Below the pieces are notes generated by a model that was given only the letters and a program-made list of their open reading frames with translations, ran no database searches and was not told where the DNA came from. Both the position numbers and the translations under genes were made by a program. DNA of 64,000 bases from an uncultured Pseudomonadota bacterium (GTDB taxonomy: Bacteria; Pseudomonadota; Alphaproteobacteria; JACZXZ01), in the NCBI GenBank assembly GCA_963749075.1, contig CAVVLJ010000004.1, forward strand, positions 32,001-96,000. The letters are read 5' to 3'. This document shows positions 32,071-42,544 of the stretch, in pieces (within the stretch, counting starts at the first letter, position 1; the number at the start of each line of letters is the position of its first letter).

Positions 32071-33057
32071 GTGTCCGACGCCACCATCGAGCTCGAGCCG
32101 CCGGCGTGCGCCGCACCGGCCGCACGGCACCGCGCCGCGCGCGAGGCGCCTGCCGCCGCCGCGGGGCGCGAGGATGCCCGCGTCGCCGACTATGCGCTCC
32201 TCCTGAAGCCGCGCGTGATGTCGCTCGTGGTCTTCACCGGCTTCGTCGGGCTCTATCTCGCACCGGGCCACATCCACCCGGTGCTCGCCGCGATCGCCAT
32301 CCTGGCGATCGCGATCGGCGCCGGTGCCGCCGGCGCCATCAACATGTGGTACGACCGCGACATCGACCGCCTGATGACGCGGACCATGAGGCGCCCGCTG
32401 CCGGACGGGCGCATCTCGCCCGAGGCGGCACTCACGCTCGGCGTGATGCTCGCGATCGGCGCGGTCACGGTGATGGGCCTCGGCGTCAACTGTGCCGCGG
32501 CGGCACTCCTCGCCCTCACCATCGCCTTCTACGTCTTCGTCTACACCGTGTGGCTCAAGCGCCGCACGCCGCAGAACATCGTGATCGGGGGTGCCGCGGG
32601 CGCCTTCCCGCCCATGATCGGCTGGGCCGCGGTGAGCGGCCAAGTGAGCCTCGTCTCGCTGGCGCTCTTCGCCATGATCTTCATGTGGACGCCGCCGCAC
32701 TTCTGGTCCCTGGCACTCTACCGCTCGGACGATTATGCGCGCGCTGGCGTTCCCATGCTGCCGGTGGTGGCCGGACGGCGGGAGACCAAGCGCCACATCC
32801 TCCTCTATGCGGCACTCCTCCTGCCGGTGACGCTGCTGCCGTGGCTGCTCGGCGCGGTGGGCAGCCTCTATGGTGCCTTCGCCTTGCTGCTGGGCGGGCT
32901 CTTCCTCCTCTGCGCGCTGCGCGTCTGGCGCGAGCCCGACGGAGCCGGCGACCGCGCCGCCCGGCAGATGTTCGGCTTCTCCATCCTCTATCTCTTCCTC
33001 CTCTTCGCGCTCATGGTGGTGGACCGCGTGGGGCAGGCGGTGCCCGGCCATGGCTGA
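32071..33057 (+). CDS. ctaB: Protoheme IX farnesyltransferase
   Basis: [31 protein letters not shown] and WTPPHFW. Confidence 0.95.
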   Translation: MSDATIELEPPACAAPAARHRAAREAPAAAAGREDARVADYALLLKPRVMSLVVFTGFVGLYLAPGHIHPVLAAIAILAIAIGAGAAGAINMWYDRDIDRLMTRTMRRPLPDGRISPEAALTLGVMLAIGAVTVMGLGVNCAAAALLALTIAFYVFVYTVWLKRRTPQNIVIGGAAGAFPPMIGWAAVSGQVSLVSLALFAMIFMWTPPHFWSLALYRSDDYARAGVPMLPVVAGRRETKRHILLYAALLLPVTLLPWLLGAVGSLYGAFALLLGGLFLLCALRVWREPDGAGDRAARQMFGFSILYLFLLFALMVVDRVGQAVPGHG

Positions 33058-33190
33058 GCCCCGGCTGCGGCCGCCCGAGGTCGAGCGCCGCATGCGCGCG
33101 CGCAACTGGGCCATCCTCGCCGTGCTGGCGGTGCTCGCGGTGCTGTTCTACGTCATGACCATCGTGCGCATGGGGGGGATGGCACCGTGA
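33050..33190 (+). CDS. Small membrane protein of cox operon (CoxF-like)
   Basis: [11 protein letters not shown]...[10 protein letters not shown]; overlaps both neighbours. Confidence 0.7.
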   Translation: MAEPRLRPPEVERRMRARNWAILAVLAVLAVLFYVMTIVRMGGMAP

Positions 33191-33819
33191 GCCGCCAGGT
33201 CGGGCGGCGCAAGGCCGCGACGGCAGCACTCCTCGGCGCACTCGTCGCCGGCATGGCCGCGCTCTCGTTCGCCGCCGTGCCGCTCTACCGCGCCTTCTGC
33301 CAGGCGACCGGTTTCGGCGGCACCACCCAGCGCGCCGAGGCGGCGCCAGGGATGGCAGCGGGGGCGGCAGCGGGCGCGGCTGCGGGTCGCCTCATCACGG
33401 TGCGCTTCGACTCGAACGTCGACGGCGACCTCCCCTGGCGCTTCGAGCCCGCGCAAGGGCCGGTCGCGGCCAAGGTGGGCGAGGCGACCACGGTGTTCTT
33501 CCGCGCGACCAATCTCTCGCGGCAGGCGGTCGTCGGGCAGGCGGCCTTCAATGTAACACCGCTCAAGGCCGGCCTCTATTTCGACAAGGTGCAATGCTTC
33601 TGCTTCAGCGAGCAGCGTCTCGCCGCGGGCGAGAGCGCCGACATGGCGGTGACCTTCTTCGTGAACCCGGACATGCTCACGGACCGCAACCTCGACGACG
33701 TGAATACGATCACGCTCTCCTATACCTTCTACCGCGATCGCGATGCGGAGAAGGCCGAGAGCCGGGCCGCGGGCGGGGGCGCAGGCACGGCCGCAGCGCC
33801 GCCGCCAAGGCTCGATTGA
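33187..33819 (+). CDS. ctaG: Cytochrome c oxidase assembly protein CtaG/Cox11
   Basis: VPLYRAFCQATGFGGT, KVQCFCF and ITLSYTF. Confidence 0.95.
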   Translation: MSRQVGRRKAATAALLGALVAGMAALSFAAVPLYRAFCQATGFGGTTQRAEAAPGMAAGAAAGAAAGRLITVRFDSNVDGDLPWRFEPAQGPVAAKVGEATTVFFRATNLSRQAVVGQAAFNVTPLKAGLYFDKVQCFCFSEQRLAAGESADMAVTFFVNPDMLTDRNLDDVNTITLSYTFYRDRDAEKAESRAAGGGAGTAAAPPPRLD

Positions 33820-33879
33820 GGCGGGCGCGCGCGTCGCGACGAGGGACGAGACGAGAGACGAGGAGAGAGGACGAACACT

Positions 33880-34692
33880 ATGAGCGACAGCCACGCCGCC
33901 CATCACGCCAAGCATCCCTACCACCTCGTCCAGCCGAGCCCGTGGCCCGCGATGGGCGCCGTGGCGGCGTTCCTCGCCTTCGGCGGCGGCGTCATGTTCA
34001 TGCACAGCTACACGGGCGGCACCTGGATCATGGTGCTCGGCATGCTCCTCATCCTCGCCACCATGTTCCTCTGGTGGCGCGACGTGATCAACGAGGCCGA
34101 GTTCAAGGGCGACCACACGCCCGTGGTGGCGCTCAGCCACCGCTACGGCATGGCGCTCTTCATCGCCTCGGAGGTGATGTTCTTCGTCGCCTTCTTCTGG
34201 GCCTTCTTCAACGCGAGCCTCTACCCGACGGCGGCGATCGGCGGGGTGTGGCCGCCCAAGAACATCCATCCCTTCGATGCCTTCGACCTGCCGTTCCTCA
34301 ATACCCTCATCCTCCTGACCTCGGGCGCCACGGTGACCTGGGCGCACCATTCGCTGAGGGAGAACAACCGCCGCGACACGCTGCGCGGCCTGGCGCTCAC
34401 CATCCTCCTCGGCATCTCCTTCACCTGCGTGCAGGCCTGGGAATATTCCCACGCGCCCTTCAGCTTCGGGGGCGGCATCTACCCCTCGACCTTCTTCATG
34501 GCGACGGGCTTCCACGGCTTCCACGTGATCATCGGCACCACCTTCCTCATCGTCTGCTTCTTCCGCACGCTCAAGGGCCACTTCAAGCCCGACCACCACG
34601 TGGGCTTCGAGGCCGCGGCGTGGTACTGGCACTTCGTCGACGTGGTGTGGCTCTTCCTCTTCACCTGCATCTACTGGTGGGGCGGGAGCTAG
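33880..34692 (+). CDS. ctaE: Cytochrome c oxidase subunit III
   Basis: HPYHLVQPSPWP, LFIASEVMFF, ATGFHGFHV and WYWHFVDVVW. Confidence 0.96.
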   Translation: MSDSHAAHHAKHPYHLVQPSPWPAMGAVAAFLAFGGGVMFMHSYTGGTWIMVLGMLLILATMFLWWRDVINEAEFKGDHTPVVALSHRYGMALFIASEVMFFVAFFWAFFNASLYPTAAIGGVWPPKNIHPFDAFDLPFLNTLILLTSGATVTWAHHSLRENNRRDTLRGLALTILLGISFTCVQAWEYSHAPFSFGGGIYPSTFFMATGFHGFHVIIGTTFLIVCFFRTLKGHFKPDHHVGFEAAAWYWHFVDVVWLFLFTCIYWWGGS

Positions 34693-34720
34693 AGGGGAAG
34701 GACCGCAGGAGGATCCGCGC

Positions 34721-35089
34721 ACGTCCGAGCGTCCGCCCATCTCGCCCTTCCGCGCCGGGCTCGCCTGCCGCTGCCCCGCTTGCGGCTTGGGCCCGGTCTT
34801 CGTCGGCTTCCTCACGGTCGCCGAGCGCTGCAGCGTGTGCGGCGAGGACCTCTCGAGCGAGGACAGCGGCGACGGCCCGGCCGTCTTCGTCGTCCTCATC
34901 CTCGGCTTCGTCGTGGTAGCACTCGCCCTCGTCGTCGAGGTCAACTACCAGCCGCCGCTCTGGCTCCACGCGCTCATCTGGCCGCCGGTCATCCTCGGCG
35001 GAGCACTCCTCCTCCTCCGCCCCTTCAAGGCGACGATGATAGCACTCCAGTACAAGCACAAGACCCACGAGCGCGGGCACGGGGCTTAG
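34721..35089 (+). CDS. DUF983 domain protein (apparent ACG start)
   Basis: CRCPACG...RCSVCG...DSGDGPAVF...QPPLWLH; strong SD AGGAGG 8 nt before ACG. Confidence 0.8.
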   Translation, partial: TSERPPISPFRAGLACRCPACGLGPVFVGFLTVAERCSVCGEDLSSEDSGDGPAVFVVLILGFVVVALALVVEVNYQPPLWLHALIWPPVILGGALLLLRPFKATMIALQYKHKTHERGHGA

Positions 35090-35120
35090 CTTCGCGCCGC
35101 GGCGTATTAGATAGAAGCCC

Positions 35121-35873
35121 ATGCCCTTCCGCCCCACCCTCGTGCCGACGCTCTTCACCGTTCCGGCGCTCATCCTCCTCGTCGGGCTCGGCACCTGGCA
35201 GGTGGAGCGCCTCCATTGGAAGGAGGGCCTGATCGCCGAGCGCACGTCGCGCTCGTCCGGGCCGCCGATCCCGCTACCGGCCGACGCGGCGCCGGCTGCG
35301 AGCTACGAGTTCAGCAAGACGCGCGCCCTTGGGCGCCTCCTCAACGACAAGGAGATGTTTCTCGCCGCCCGCTCGCTCAACGGCAATGTGGGCTATCAGG
35401 TGGTGACGCCATTCGTGCTCGCCGACGGCAGCGCCGTGCTCGTCGACCGCGGCTGGATCCCGAGCGAGCTCAAGGAGCCGGCGACGCGTGCGGCGGGCGA
35501 GCTCGCGGGCGAGGTCGCGATCGAGGGCCTCTTGCGCGGCAGCGAGACGAAGAGCTGGCTCGTCCCCGACAACGAGCCGCAGAATAACGTGTGGTTCTAC
35601 GTCGACGTGCCGGCGATGGTGCGCTGGGCCGGGCTCGCGCGCGTGCGGCCCTATTTCATCGAGGCGGGGCCGGCGCCCAACCCCGGCGGCTATCCCATCG
35701 GCGGGCAGAGCCACATCGAGCTCCCCAACAACCACCTGCAATACGCCTTCACCTGGTACTCCTTCGCCGTCTCGCTCGCGGTCATCTACGTGCTCTATCA
35801 TCGCAATCTCGCCCGCGAGGAGGCGCTTAAGGCGGCGGCCGCGGCCAAGGACGCGGAGATCAAGGAGGCCTGA
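35121..35873 (+). CDS. SURF1 family protein
   Basis: LGTWQVERLHWK, VDRGWIP and NNHLQYAFTWY. Confidence 0.93.
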   Translation: MPFRPTLVPTLFTVPALILLVGLGTWQVERLHWKEGLIAERTSRSSGPPIPLPADAAPAASYEFSKTRALGRLLNDKEMFLAARSLNGNVGYQVVTPFVLADGSAVLVDRGWIPSELKEPATRAAGELAGEVAIEGLLRGSETKSWLVPDNEPQNNVWFYVDVPAMVRWAGLARVRPYFIEAGPAPNPGGYPIGGQSHIELPNNHLQYAFTWYSFAVSLAVIYVLYHRNLAREEALKAAAAAKDAEIKEA

Positions 35874-37363
35874 TGCCCGCCTACCAGGAGCTCGAAGGGC
35901 ACTTCCGCCGCATCACCAACCTGCGCAACGCCGTCGCCATGCTGCAGTGGGACCTGGCCGTCATGATGCCCGAGGGCGGCCGCGAGGCGCGCGCCGAGGA
36001 GGTGGCGACGCTCCGCGTCCTCGCCCACGAGCTCCTCACGGATGCCCGCGCCGCGGCACTCCTCGACGAGGCTGAGGAGGGTGCCGCGGCGCTGTCACCC
36101 TGGCCGGCTGCCAACCTCGCCGGGATGCGGCGGCAGTGGGTGCATGCGAGCGCTCTCGACGCGCGGCTCGTCGAGGCGCTCTCCAAGGCGAACGCGGCCT
36201 GCGAGGCGCTCTGGCGCGAGGCGCGGCCGAGAAGCGACTTCGCCCTCGTCAAGCCGCAGCTCGAGACGGTCGTGGGTCTCGTCCGCGAGACGGCGCAAGC
36301 CAAGGCGGCGAAGCTCGCCTGCTCGCCCTACGACGCGCTCCTCGACGAATGGGAGCCGGGCGGGCGTGCGGTCGAGATCGACCGCCTCTTCGAGCCGCTC
36401 GCGGCCTTCCTCCGCCCCTTCCTCGAGGCGGTGCTCGAGCATCAGGCCACGGCCCCGCCGCCCGCCGAGCCCGCGGGCCCCTTCCCGCTCGAGCGGCAGC
36501 GGGCGCTCTGCGAGAGGCTCATGGCCACCCTCGGCTTCGAGTTCCGCCACGGGCGCCTCGACGTGAGCCTGCATCCCTTCTGCGGCGGCACCCCCGACGA
36601 CGTGCGCATCACCACGCGCTACGACGAGGCCGAGTTCACCCAGAGCCTGATGGGAGTGCTGCACGAGACCGGCCACGCGCTCTACGAGCGCGGGCTGCCG
36701 GCCGCCTGGCGCTACCAGCCGGTCGGCGAGGCGCGCGGCATGAGCGTGCACGAGAGCCAGTCGCTCTTGATGGAGATGCAGGCCTGCCGCAGCCGCGAGT
36801 TCCTCGCCTATCTGGCGCCCCTCGCGAGGGCCGCCTTCGGCGTCGATGGAGCCGCCTGGGAGGCGGACAATCTCTACCGCCTCTATACCCGCGTCGAGCG
36901 CAGCCTCATCCGCGTCGAGGCCGACGAGGTGAGCTACCCGGCCCACGTCATCCTGCGCTACCGGCTCGAGCGCGCCATCCTCGCGGGCGAGCTCTCGTTG
37001 GCCGACCTGCCGGGCGCCTGGTCGGACGGCATGGCGGAGCTCCTCGGCGTCCGCCCGCCCGACGACCGCCGCGGCTGCCTCCAGGACATCCACTGGTACG
37101 ACGGCGCCTGGGGCTATTTCCCGACCTATACGCTCGGCGCCATGACCGCGGCCCAGCTCTTCGCCGCCGCCAAGCGCGCCAATCCCGGCATACCTGCTGC
37201 GATCGCGCGAGGCGACTTCGCCCCTCTCCTCGCCTGGCTGCGCCCCAACGTGCACGCCAAGGCGTCGCTCCTCCCCACGCGCGAGCTCATCCGCGAGGCC
37301 ACGGGAAGCCCGCTCGATCCCGCCGTCTTCGAGCGGCATCTCACGGAGCGCTATCTGAGCTGA
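35873..37363 (+). CDS. Carboxypeptidase M32
   Basis: HPF, DVRITTRY, HETGHA, HESQS, IRVEADE and GYFPTY. Confidence 0.95.
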   Translation: MPAYQELEGHFRRITNLRNAVAMLQWDLAVMMPEGGREARAEEVATLRVLAHELLTDARAAALLDEAEEGAAALSPWPAANLAGMRRQWVHASALDARLVEALSKANAACEALWREARPRSDFALVKPQLETVVGLVRETAQAKAAKLACSPYDALLDEWEPGGRAVEIDRLFEPLAAFLRPFLEAVLEHQATAPPPAEPAGPFPLERQRALCERLMATLGFEFRHGRLDVSLHPFCGGTPDDVRITTRYDEAEFTQSLMGVLHETGHALYERGLPAAWRYQPVGEARGMSVHESQSLLMEMQACRSREFLAYLAPLARAAFGVDGAAWEADNLYRLYTRVERSLIRVEADEVSYPAHVILRYRLERAILAGELSLADLPGAWSDGMAELLGVRPPDDRRGCLQDIHWYDGAWGYFPTYTLGAMTAAQLFAAAKRANPGIPAAIARGDFAPLLAWLRPNVHAKASLLPTRELIREATGSPLDPAVFERHLTERYLS

Positions 37364-37393
37364 GCGGCCGACGGCGGCCGCGCGGAGGAGCTC

Positions 37394-37693
37394 GTGCAGT
37401 CGGGCGCTGCGATCCTCGTCAACGTCCTCATCCTGCCCTTCGCCGTCGCCCTGCCGCTTGCCATGGTGGCGCTCCCCATCCTCGCGGCGCGGAGGTGGCG
37501 GGGCGCCTGGCGCTACTTGGCGCTCCTCTCCCTGGCCCCGCTCGCCGTCTGCGTCGCGCGCATCGTGGTGGACACCGCGCGCGACCCCACCTCGCACAAT
37601 CTCTTTCCCCTCGAGATCCTGATGTGGGGCGGCTCGGGCCTCCTCTTCGTCGCGTTCCTCTGGCTGCTGCGCATCGTCCTCGCGGTGAGGTGA
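37394..37693 (+). CDS. Small membrane protein
   Basis: Three hydrophobic segments and a DPTSHNLFPLEI motif. Confidence 0.65.
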   Translation: MQSGAAILVNVLILPFAVALPLAMVALPILAARRWRGAWRYLALLSLAPLAVCVARIVVDTARDPTSHNLFPLEILMWGGSGLLFVAFLWLLRIVLAVR

Positions 37694-37739
37694 CGGGCGG
37701 CGTTGGCGCTCCTTGAGCTGAGGCGGTGCGTGCGCCGGC

Positions 37740-38045
37740 TCAGGCGGCGCGCTCGGCGCTGATCCGCCTCGCGTCCTCGGGCTTCAGCTTCCGCCGCGCC
37801 ATCTTGAGGTCGTGGTGGGCCTGGAGGTTCATCCAGAACTCGGGACTGTTGCCGAAATAGAGGCCCAGCCTGAGCGCCGTGCCGGCCGTGATGCGCCGGC
37901 GGTTGTTGACGATCTCGGCGATGCGGTTGGGCGAGATGCCGACCGCCTTGGCAAGCCGGTTCTGCGACAAGCCGTACGCGGCGAGGAATTCATCTTTCAG
38001 CATTTCGCCCGGGTGACCGGGGCAAACTCGTTCTCGGCCATCCAC
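37740..38045 (-). CDS. higA: Orphan HigA-family antitoxin (5' end possibly replaced)
   Basis: HPGEMLKDEFL, SQNRLAKA, RRRITAGTALRL and PEFWMNLQ; no higB adjacent. Confidence 0.8.
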   Translation of the reverse strand: MDGRERVCPGHPGEMLKDEFLAAYGLSQNRLAKAVGISPNRIAEIVNNRRRITAGTALRLGLYFGNSPEFWMNLQAHHDLKMARRKLKPEDARRISAERAA

Positions 38046-38100
38046 GACTTGCCGGGAGCGCCGCAGACGTGGATGCGCGGGTCATGCCCGCGCATGACGG
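38037..38100. repeat. Alphaproteobacterial REP-like element
   Basis: GCCATCCACG...CGTGGATGCGCGGGTCATGCCCGCGCATGACG nested hairpins. Confidence 0.7.
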
Positions 38101-38192
38101 TGTAAACTGGGTTCAAATGGCAGAATCTCTATACTGGACCGCCCGGCCACGCGCCTCCTAGAGTGGCGCCTCTTTGGCGAGGAACCCCGGCT

Positions 38193-39599
38193 TTGCGCTA
38201 CATCAGCACCCGCGGCGAGGCTGAGCCGCTCGGCTTCGAGGACGTGCTCCTGGCGGGGCTCGCCCGCGACGGCGGGCTCTATGTGCCCGAGGCCTGGCCG
38301 CACCTCGCGCCCGGCGACATCAGAGGCCTCCGCGGCCTCCCCTATCCCGAGCTTGCGGCTCGCGTCATGCTGCCCTTCCTCGGCGGCTCCATCGCTGAGG
38401 GAACCTTCGCGGCCATCGTGCGCGAGGCCTACGCCGGCTTCGACCACAAGGCGGTCGCTCCCTTGAAGCAGCTCGGCGCCGGCGAGTGGCTCATGGAGCT
38501 CTTCCATGGGCCCACGCTCGCCTTCAAGGACATCGCACTCCAGCTCGTGGGCCGCCTCTTCGACCACGTGCTCAAGCGGCGCGGCGAGCGCGTCACCATC
38601 ATCGGCGCCACCTCGGGCGACACCGGCTCGGCCGCGATCGAGGCGTTGAAGGGCAGCACAGCGATCGACATCTTCATCCTCCATCCCAAAGGCCGCGTCT
38701 CCGAGGTGCAGCGACGCCAGATGACGACGGTCGCCGCCGCCAACGTGTGGAACATCGCAATCGAGGGCAGCTTCGACGACTGCCAGGATCTGGTGAAGGG
38801 CATGTTCAACGACCGGCCCTTCCGCGAGGCCCACCGCCTCTCCGCGGTCAATTCGATCAACTGGGCGCGCATCATGGCGCAGATCCCTTATTACATATGG
38901 GCCGCGGTGTCGCTTGGCGCGCCCGAGCACGGGCTCGCCTTCGCCGTGCCCACGGGCAATTTCGGCAACGTCTACGCGGCCTACGCGGCGCGCCGCATGG
39001 GCTTGCCCATTGCCCAGCTCGTCGTCGGCTCCAACCGCAACGACATCCTGACGCGCTTCTTCTCAACCGGCACCATGGCGCTCGAGCCCGTGGTGGCGAC
39101 CCTCTCGCCGAGCATGGACATCCAGGTCTCGAGCAACTTCGAGCGCCTGCTCTTCGATCTCCTCTGCGGCGACGGGCGCAAGGTGGCCGCCGCACTCGAG
39201 CGCCGACGCAACGAGCGCGGCTTCGTGCTCGAGCGCCCGGCGTGGCAGGAGGCGCTCAAGCTCTTCTCCGGCTACAGCCTCGACGACGAAGCGACCAAGG
39301 CCACCATCGCCGAGCTCTATCGCTCGACCGGCGAGCTCCTCGATCCGCACAGCGCCATCGGCGTCGCCGCCGGCCGCGCCAGGCGCAAGGATCGAGTTGT
39401 CCCCATGGTCTATCTTGCAACCGCACATCCGGCCAAGTTTCCCGACGCCGTCGCAGCCGCCGCGGGGGTGCGCCCGACGCCGCCCCCCCAACTCGCCGCC
39501 CTGGACGGCTTGCCGGAGAAATATTCCATACTTTCCAATAACTTGAGCGAAATCGAGGGTTTTGTGCGGGCTAGTCTCGCCATGCATGGCGCGGCCTAG
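38193..39599 (+). CDS. thrC: Threonine synthase
   Basis: RYISTRG, ELFHGPTLAFKD, ATSGDTG, NSINWAR and VPTGNFGN. Confidence 0.96.
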   Translation: MRYISTRGEAEPLGFEDVLLAGLARDGGLYVPEAWPHLAPGDIRGLRGLPYPELAARVMLPFLGGSIAEGTFAAIVREAYAGFDHKAVAPLKQLGAGEWLMELFHGPTLAFKDIALQLVGRLFDHVLKRRGERVTIIGATSGDTGSAAIEALKGSTAIDIFILHPKGRVSEVQRRQMTTVAAANVWNIAIEGSFDDCQDLVKGMFNDRPFREAHRLSAVNSINWARIMAQIPYYIWAAVSLGAPEHGLAFAVPTGNFGNVYAAYAARRMGLPIAQLVVGSNRNDILTRFFSTGTMALEPVVATLSPSMDIQVSSNFERLLFDLLCGDGRKVAAALERRRNERGFVLERPAWQEALKLFSGYSLDDEATKATIAELYRSTGELLDPHSAIGVAAGRARRKDRVVPMVYLATAHPAKFPDAVAAAAGVRPTPPPQLAALDGLPEKYSILSNNLSEIEGFVRASLAMHGAA

Positions 39600-39767
39600 A
39601 GTCATCTCATCTCGCCTGTACACCTTTGCCCCGATCCCGGCATATGATAGCAAGCGAAGCGCCGGGGCGGCGGGCGGCCCTCACCTCTAAGTCATTGTAC
39701 CGAAAGGATTATAGGAAACATGGCTGGCTTGCATTTGCTTCAGCCAAAGGCCCAGGAGGGGCCGGCG

Positions 39768-41024
39768 ATGGAGGTCGAGACCACGGTTTTGGCCAACGGT
39801 CTCACGGTGATGAGCGACCGCATGGAGTCGGTCGAGACGGTTTCGCTCGGCGTCTGGGTGAGTGCCGGCACGCGCTACGAGGTGCCGGAGCAGAGCGGCG
39901 TCTCCCACCTCCTCGAGCATATGGCGTTCAAGGGCACCGAGCGGCGCTCGGCGCGCGCCATCGCCGAGGAGATCGAGGCCGTGGGCGGCCAGCTCAACGC
40001 CTATACCGCGCGCGAGGTCACCGCCTATTACGCCAAGGTGCTCAAGGAGGACATCTCGCTCGCCGTCGATATTCTCGCCGACATCCTGCAGCACTCGGCG
40101 ATGGACGAGGAGGAGCTCGCGCGCGAGCGTGCCGTGGTGTTGCAGGAGATCGGCCAGGCCAACGACACGCCGGACGACATCATCTTCGATTATTTCCAGG
40201 AGACGGCGTTCCCCGGGCAGCCGCTCGGCCGCCCCGTTCTGGGCAGCGCCGAGGTCGTCGAGCGCGTGCCGCGCGACGTGCTGCTCGCCTATATGGGGCA
40301 CCATTACGGGCCGCGCCGCATGGTGCTGGCCGCCTCCGGCAAGCTCGAGCACGCGCGGCTCGTCGAGCTCGCGGGCGAGGCCTTTTCCGCCCTCCCGCCC
40401 GCGGCCCCGCCGCCGCCCGAAAGCGGGGCTTACGCGGGCGGCAGCTTCCGCTCGGACAAGGAGCTCGAGCAGGTCCACCTCGTGATCGGGCTCGAGGGGC
40501 TCTCCCACCACGACCCGGACTATTACGCGCTCCAGGTGTTCTCGACCCTCCTCGGCGGCGGCATGTCCTCGCGCCTCTTCCAGGAGGTGCGCGAGAAGCG
40601 CGGCCTCGTCTATACCATCCACTCCTTCGCCTCGAGCTTCGCCGACTGCGGGCTCTTCGGCATCTATGCCGGCACCGGCGAGGCGGAGGTGGCCGAGCTC
40701 GTGCCCGTGGTCTGCGAGGAGCTCGCCCGCGCCGGCTCGGAGGCGAGCGAAGTGGAGATCGCCCGCGCCACGGCGCAGCTGCGCGCCGGCATTCTCATGG
40801 GCCTCGAGAGCCCGGGCTCGCGCTGCGAGCAGATCGCCCAGCAGATGCTGGTCTTCGGCCGGGCCATCCCGACGAGCGAGACGATCCGCAAGATCGAGGC
40901 GGTGGACAAGGCCGCCGTCGCGCGCGTGGCGCGCCGCCTGATCGCCTCACGGCCGACGGTCGCGGCACTCGGGCCGCTGTCCCGGCTCGAATCTTATGAT
41001 ACCCTGGTTGCGAGGCTGGCGTAG
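39768..41024 (+). CDS. M16 family zinc peptidase
   Basis: HLLEHMAFKGT (HxxEH), NAYT and GGGMSSRLFQEVRE. Confidence 0.93.
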   Translation: MEVETTVLANGLTVMSDRMESVETVSLGVWVSAGTRYEVPEQSGVSHLLEHMAFKGTERRSARAIAEEIEAVGGQLNAYTAREVTAYYAKVLKEDISLAVDILADILQHSAMDEEELARERAVVLQEIGQANDTPDDIIFDYFQETAFPGQPLGRPVLGSAEVVERVPRDVLLAYMGHHYGPRRMVLAASGKLEHARLVELAGEAFSALPPAAPPPPESGAYAGGSFRSDKELEQVHLVIGLEGLSHHDPDYYALQVFSTLLGGGMSSRLFQEVREKRGLVYTIHSFASSFADCGLFGIYAGTGEAEVAELVPVVCEELARAGSEASEVEIARATAQLRAGILMGLESPGSRCEQIAQQMLVFGRAIPTSETIRKIEAVDKAAVARVARRLIASRPTVAALGPLSRLESYDTLVARLA

Positions 41025-41191
41025 GTCTGGGAACCCCCGATGAATGCTGCGGCCCCCGCGCCGTTCCTCCCGCCCGAGAAGGCGGGGAAAATACATAGCA
41101 TGGCTAAAGACGCCTCACCGCCCGAGCGGGCGGGCGGGGCGGATGCGGCGCGCGCACCGAGGATCGCGGATGCCGGCCGCGGCGGCGGGCC

Positions 41192-41809
41192 ATGCGCCTC
41201 CTGAGGCCGCTCTCCGGATCGCCGCCGGCGCCGGCCCGGCTCGCGGGCCGGCGCCTCTATCTGCGCCAGCCCGAGGACCGCGATTGGCGGGCCTGGGCCG
41301 ATCTGCGCGAGCTCTCGCGCGATTTCCTGGTGCCGTGGGAGCCGAGCTGGCCGCCCGACGCGCTCTCGCGCGAGAGCTTCCGCCGGCGCCTGCGCCGCTA
41401 CGGCATGGACTGGCGCGAGGACGCGGGCTACAGCTTCTTCATCTTCCGCTTGGGCGACAACGCGCTCCTCGGCGGTGCTACGCTCGGCAACGTGCGGCGC
41501 GGCGTCGCCCAGTCGGCCACGCTCGGCTACTGGATCGGCGAGCCGCACGCGCGCCAGGGCTATATGAGCGACGCCATCCGCTCGACCGTCGTCTTCGCCT
41601 TCGCGAGCCTTCAGCTCCACCGTCTCGAGGCGGCGTGCCTGCCGAGCAATGAAGCGAGCCAGGGTGTCTTGCGCAAGCTCGGCTTCAGGCGGGAGGGCTA
41701 TGCCGAGAAATATCTGCGCATCAACGGCGCCTGGTGCGACCACCTGCTCTTTGCGCTCCTCGCGGAGGAGGCGGGCTATCATCATCCGCCGGAGCGGGCC
41801 TATGAATAG
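41192..41809 (+). CDS. RimJ-like GNAT acetyltransferase
   Basis: FLVPWEP, LGYWIG, LHRLEAACLPSN and YLRINGAWCDH. Confidence 0.88.
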   Translation: MRLLRPLSGSPPAPARLAGRRLYLRQPEDRDWRAWADLRELSRDFLVPWEPSWPPDALSRESFRRRLRRYGMDWREDAGYSFFIFRLGDNALLGGATLGNVRRGVAQSATLGYWIGEPHARQGYMSDAIRSTVVFAFASLQLHRLEAACLPSNEASQGVLRKLGFRREGYAEKYLRINGAWCDHLLFALLAEEAGYHHPPERAYE

Positions 41810-41833
41810 CGGGCGTACGAGCGACGGGCGGCC

Positions 41834-42418
41834 TCAGGCGTGGCCGGCGGCACCCGAGAGCATGCTGGAATCGACGCCGAGCTTGCTCATGGCGCGCGTC
41901 CATTTGGTGTCGAGCTCGCCGTCGAACACCAGCGCCTCGTCGGCCTGCACGTTGAGCCAGCCGTTGGCGTGGATCTCCTCCTCGAGCTGGCCCGGAGCCC
42001 AGCCGGCGTAGCCGAGCGCCAGGAGCGAGCGGCGCGGGCCGCGGCCTTCGGCGATCGCCTTGAGGATATCGACCGAGGCAGTCAGCGCCACCGCCTCGTC
42101 GACGGGGAGCGTGCCGTCGCTGCGGAAGTCGGAGGAATGCAGCACGAAGCCGCGCCCGGCCTCGACCGGTCCGCCGAAATGGACGCGCACGTCGTGCTCG
42201 ACACGGTGCGACTCGATGCCGATCTGCTCGAGGAGCTCGGGGAAGGTCAGCTGATCGAGCAGCCGGTTGATGACCAGGCCCATGGCGCCCTTCGAGCTAT
42301 GGGCGCACATATAGACGATGCTGCGCGCGAAGCGTGGGTCCTGCATCGTCGGCATGGCGATGAGGAGCTGGCTCGCAAGATAGCCCGACGTGGTGCCGCG
42401 AAGCGTCATAGCTTTCAC
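41834..42418 (-). CDS. YqgE/AlgH family protein
   Basis: [24 protein letters not shown] and QLEEEI. Confidence 0.92.
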   Translation of the reverse strand: MKAMTLRGTTSGYLASQLLIAMPTMQDPRFARSIVYMCAHSSKGAMGLVINRLLDQLTFPELLEQIGIESHRVEHDVRVHFGGPVEAGRGFVLHSSDFRSDGTLPVDEAVALTASVDILKAIAEGRGPRRSLLALGYAGWAPGQLEEEIHANGWLNVQADEALVFDGELDTKWTRAMSKLGVDSSMLSGAAGHA

Positions 42419-42544
42419 ATATGGTCTTGGCGGCCTCGATGCAATGCAACTGTAGCATATCTTTGCGATGTCGGCTCGGGCGATCTATATGTGCCTCTCA
42501 TGACCTTGAGGGATGACGGCGGCAGCGTGACGGAGGGCGAGCAG

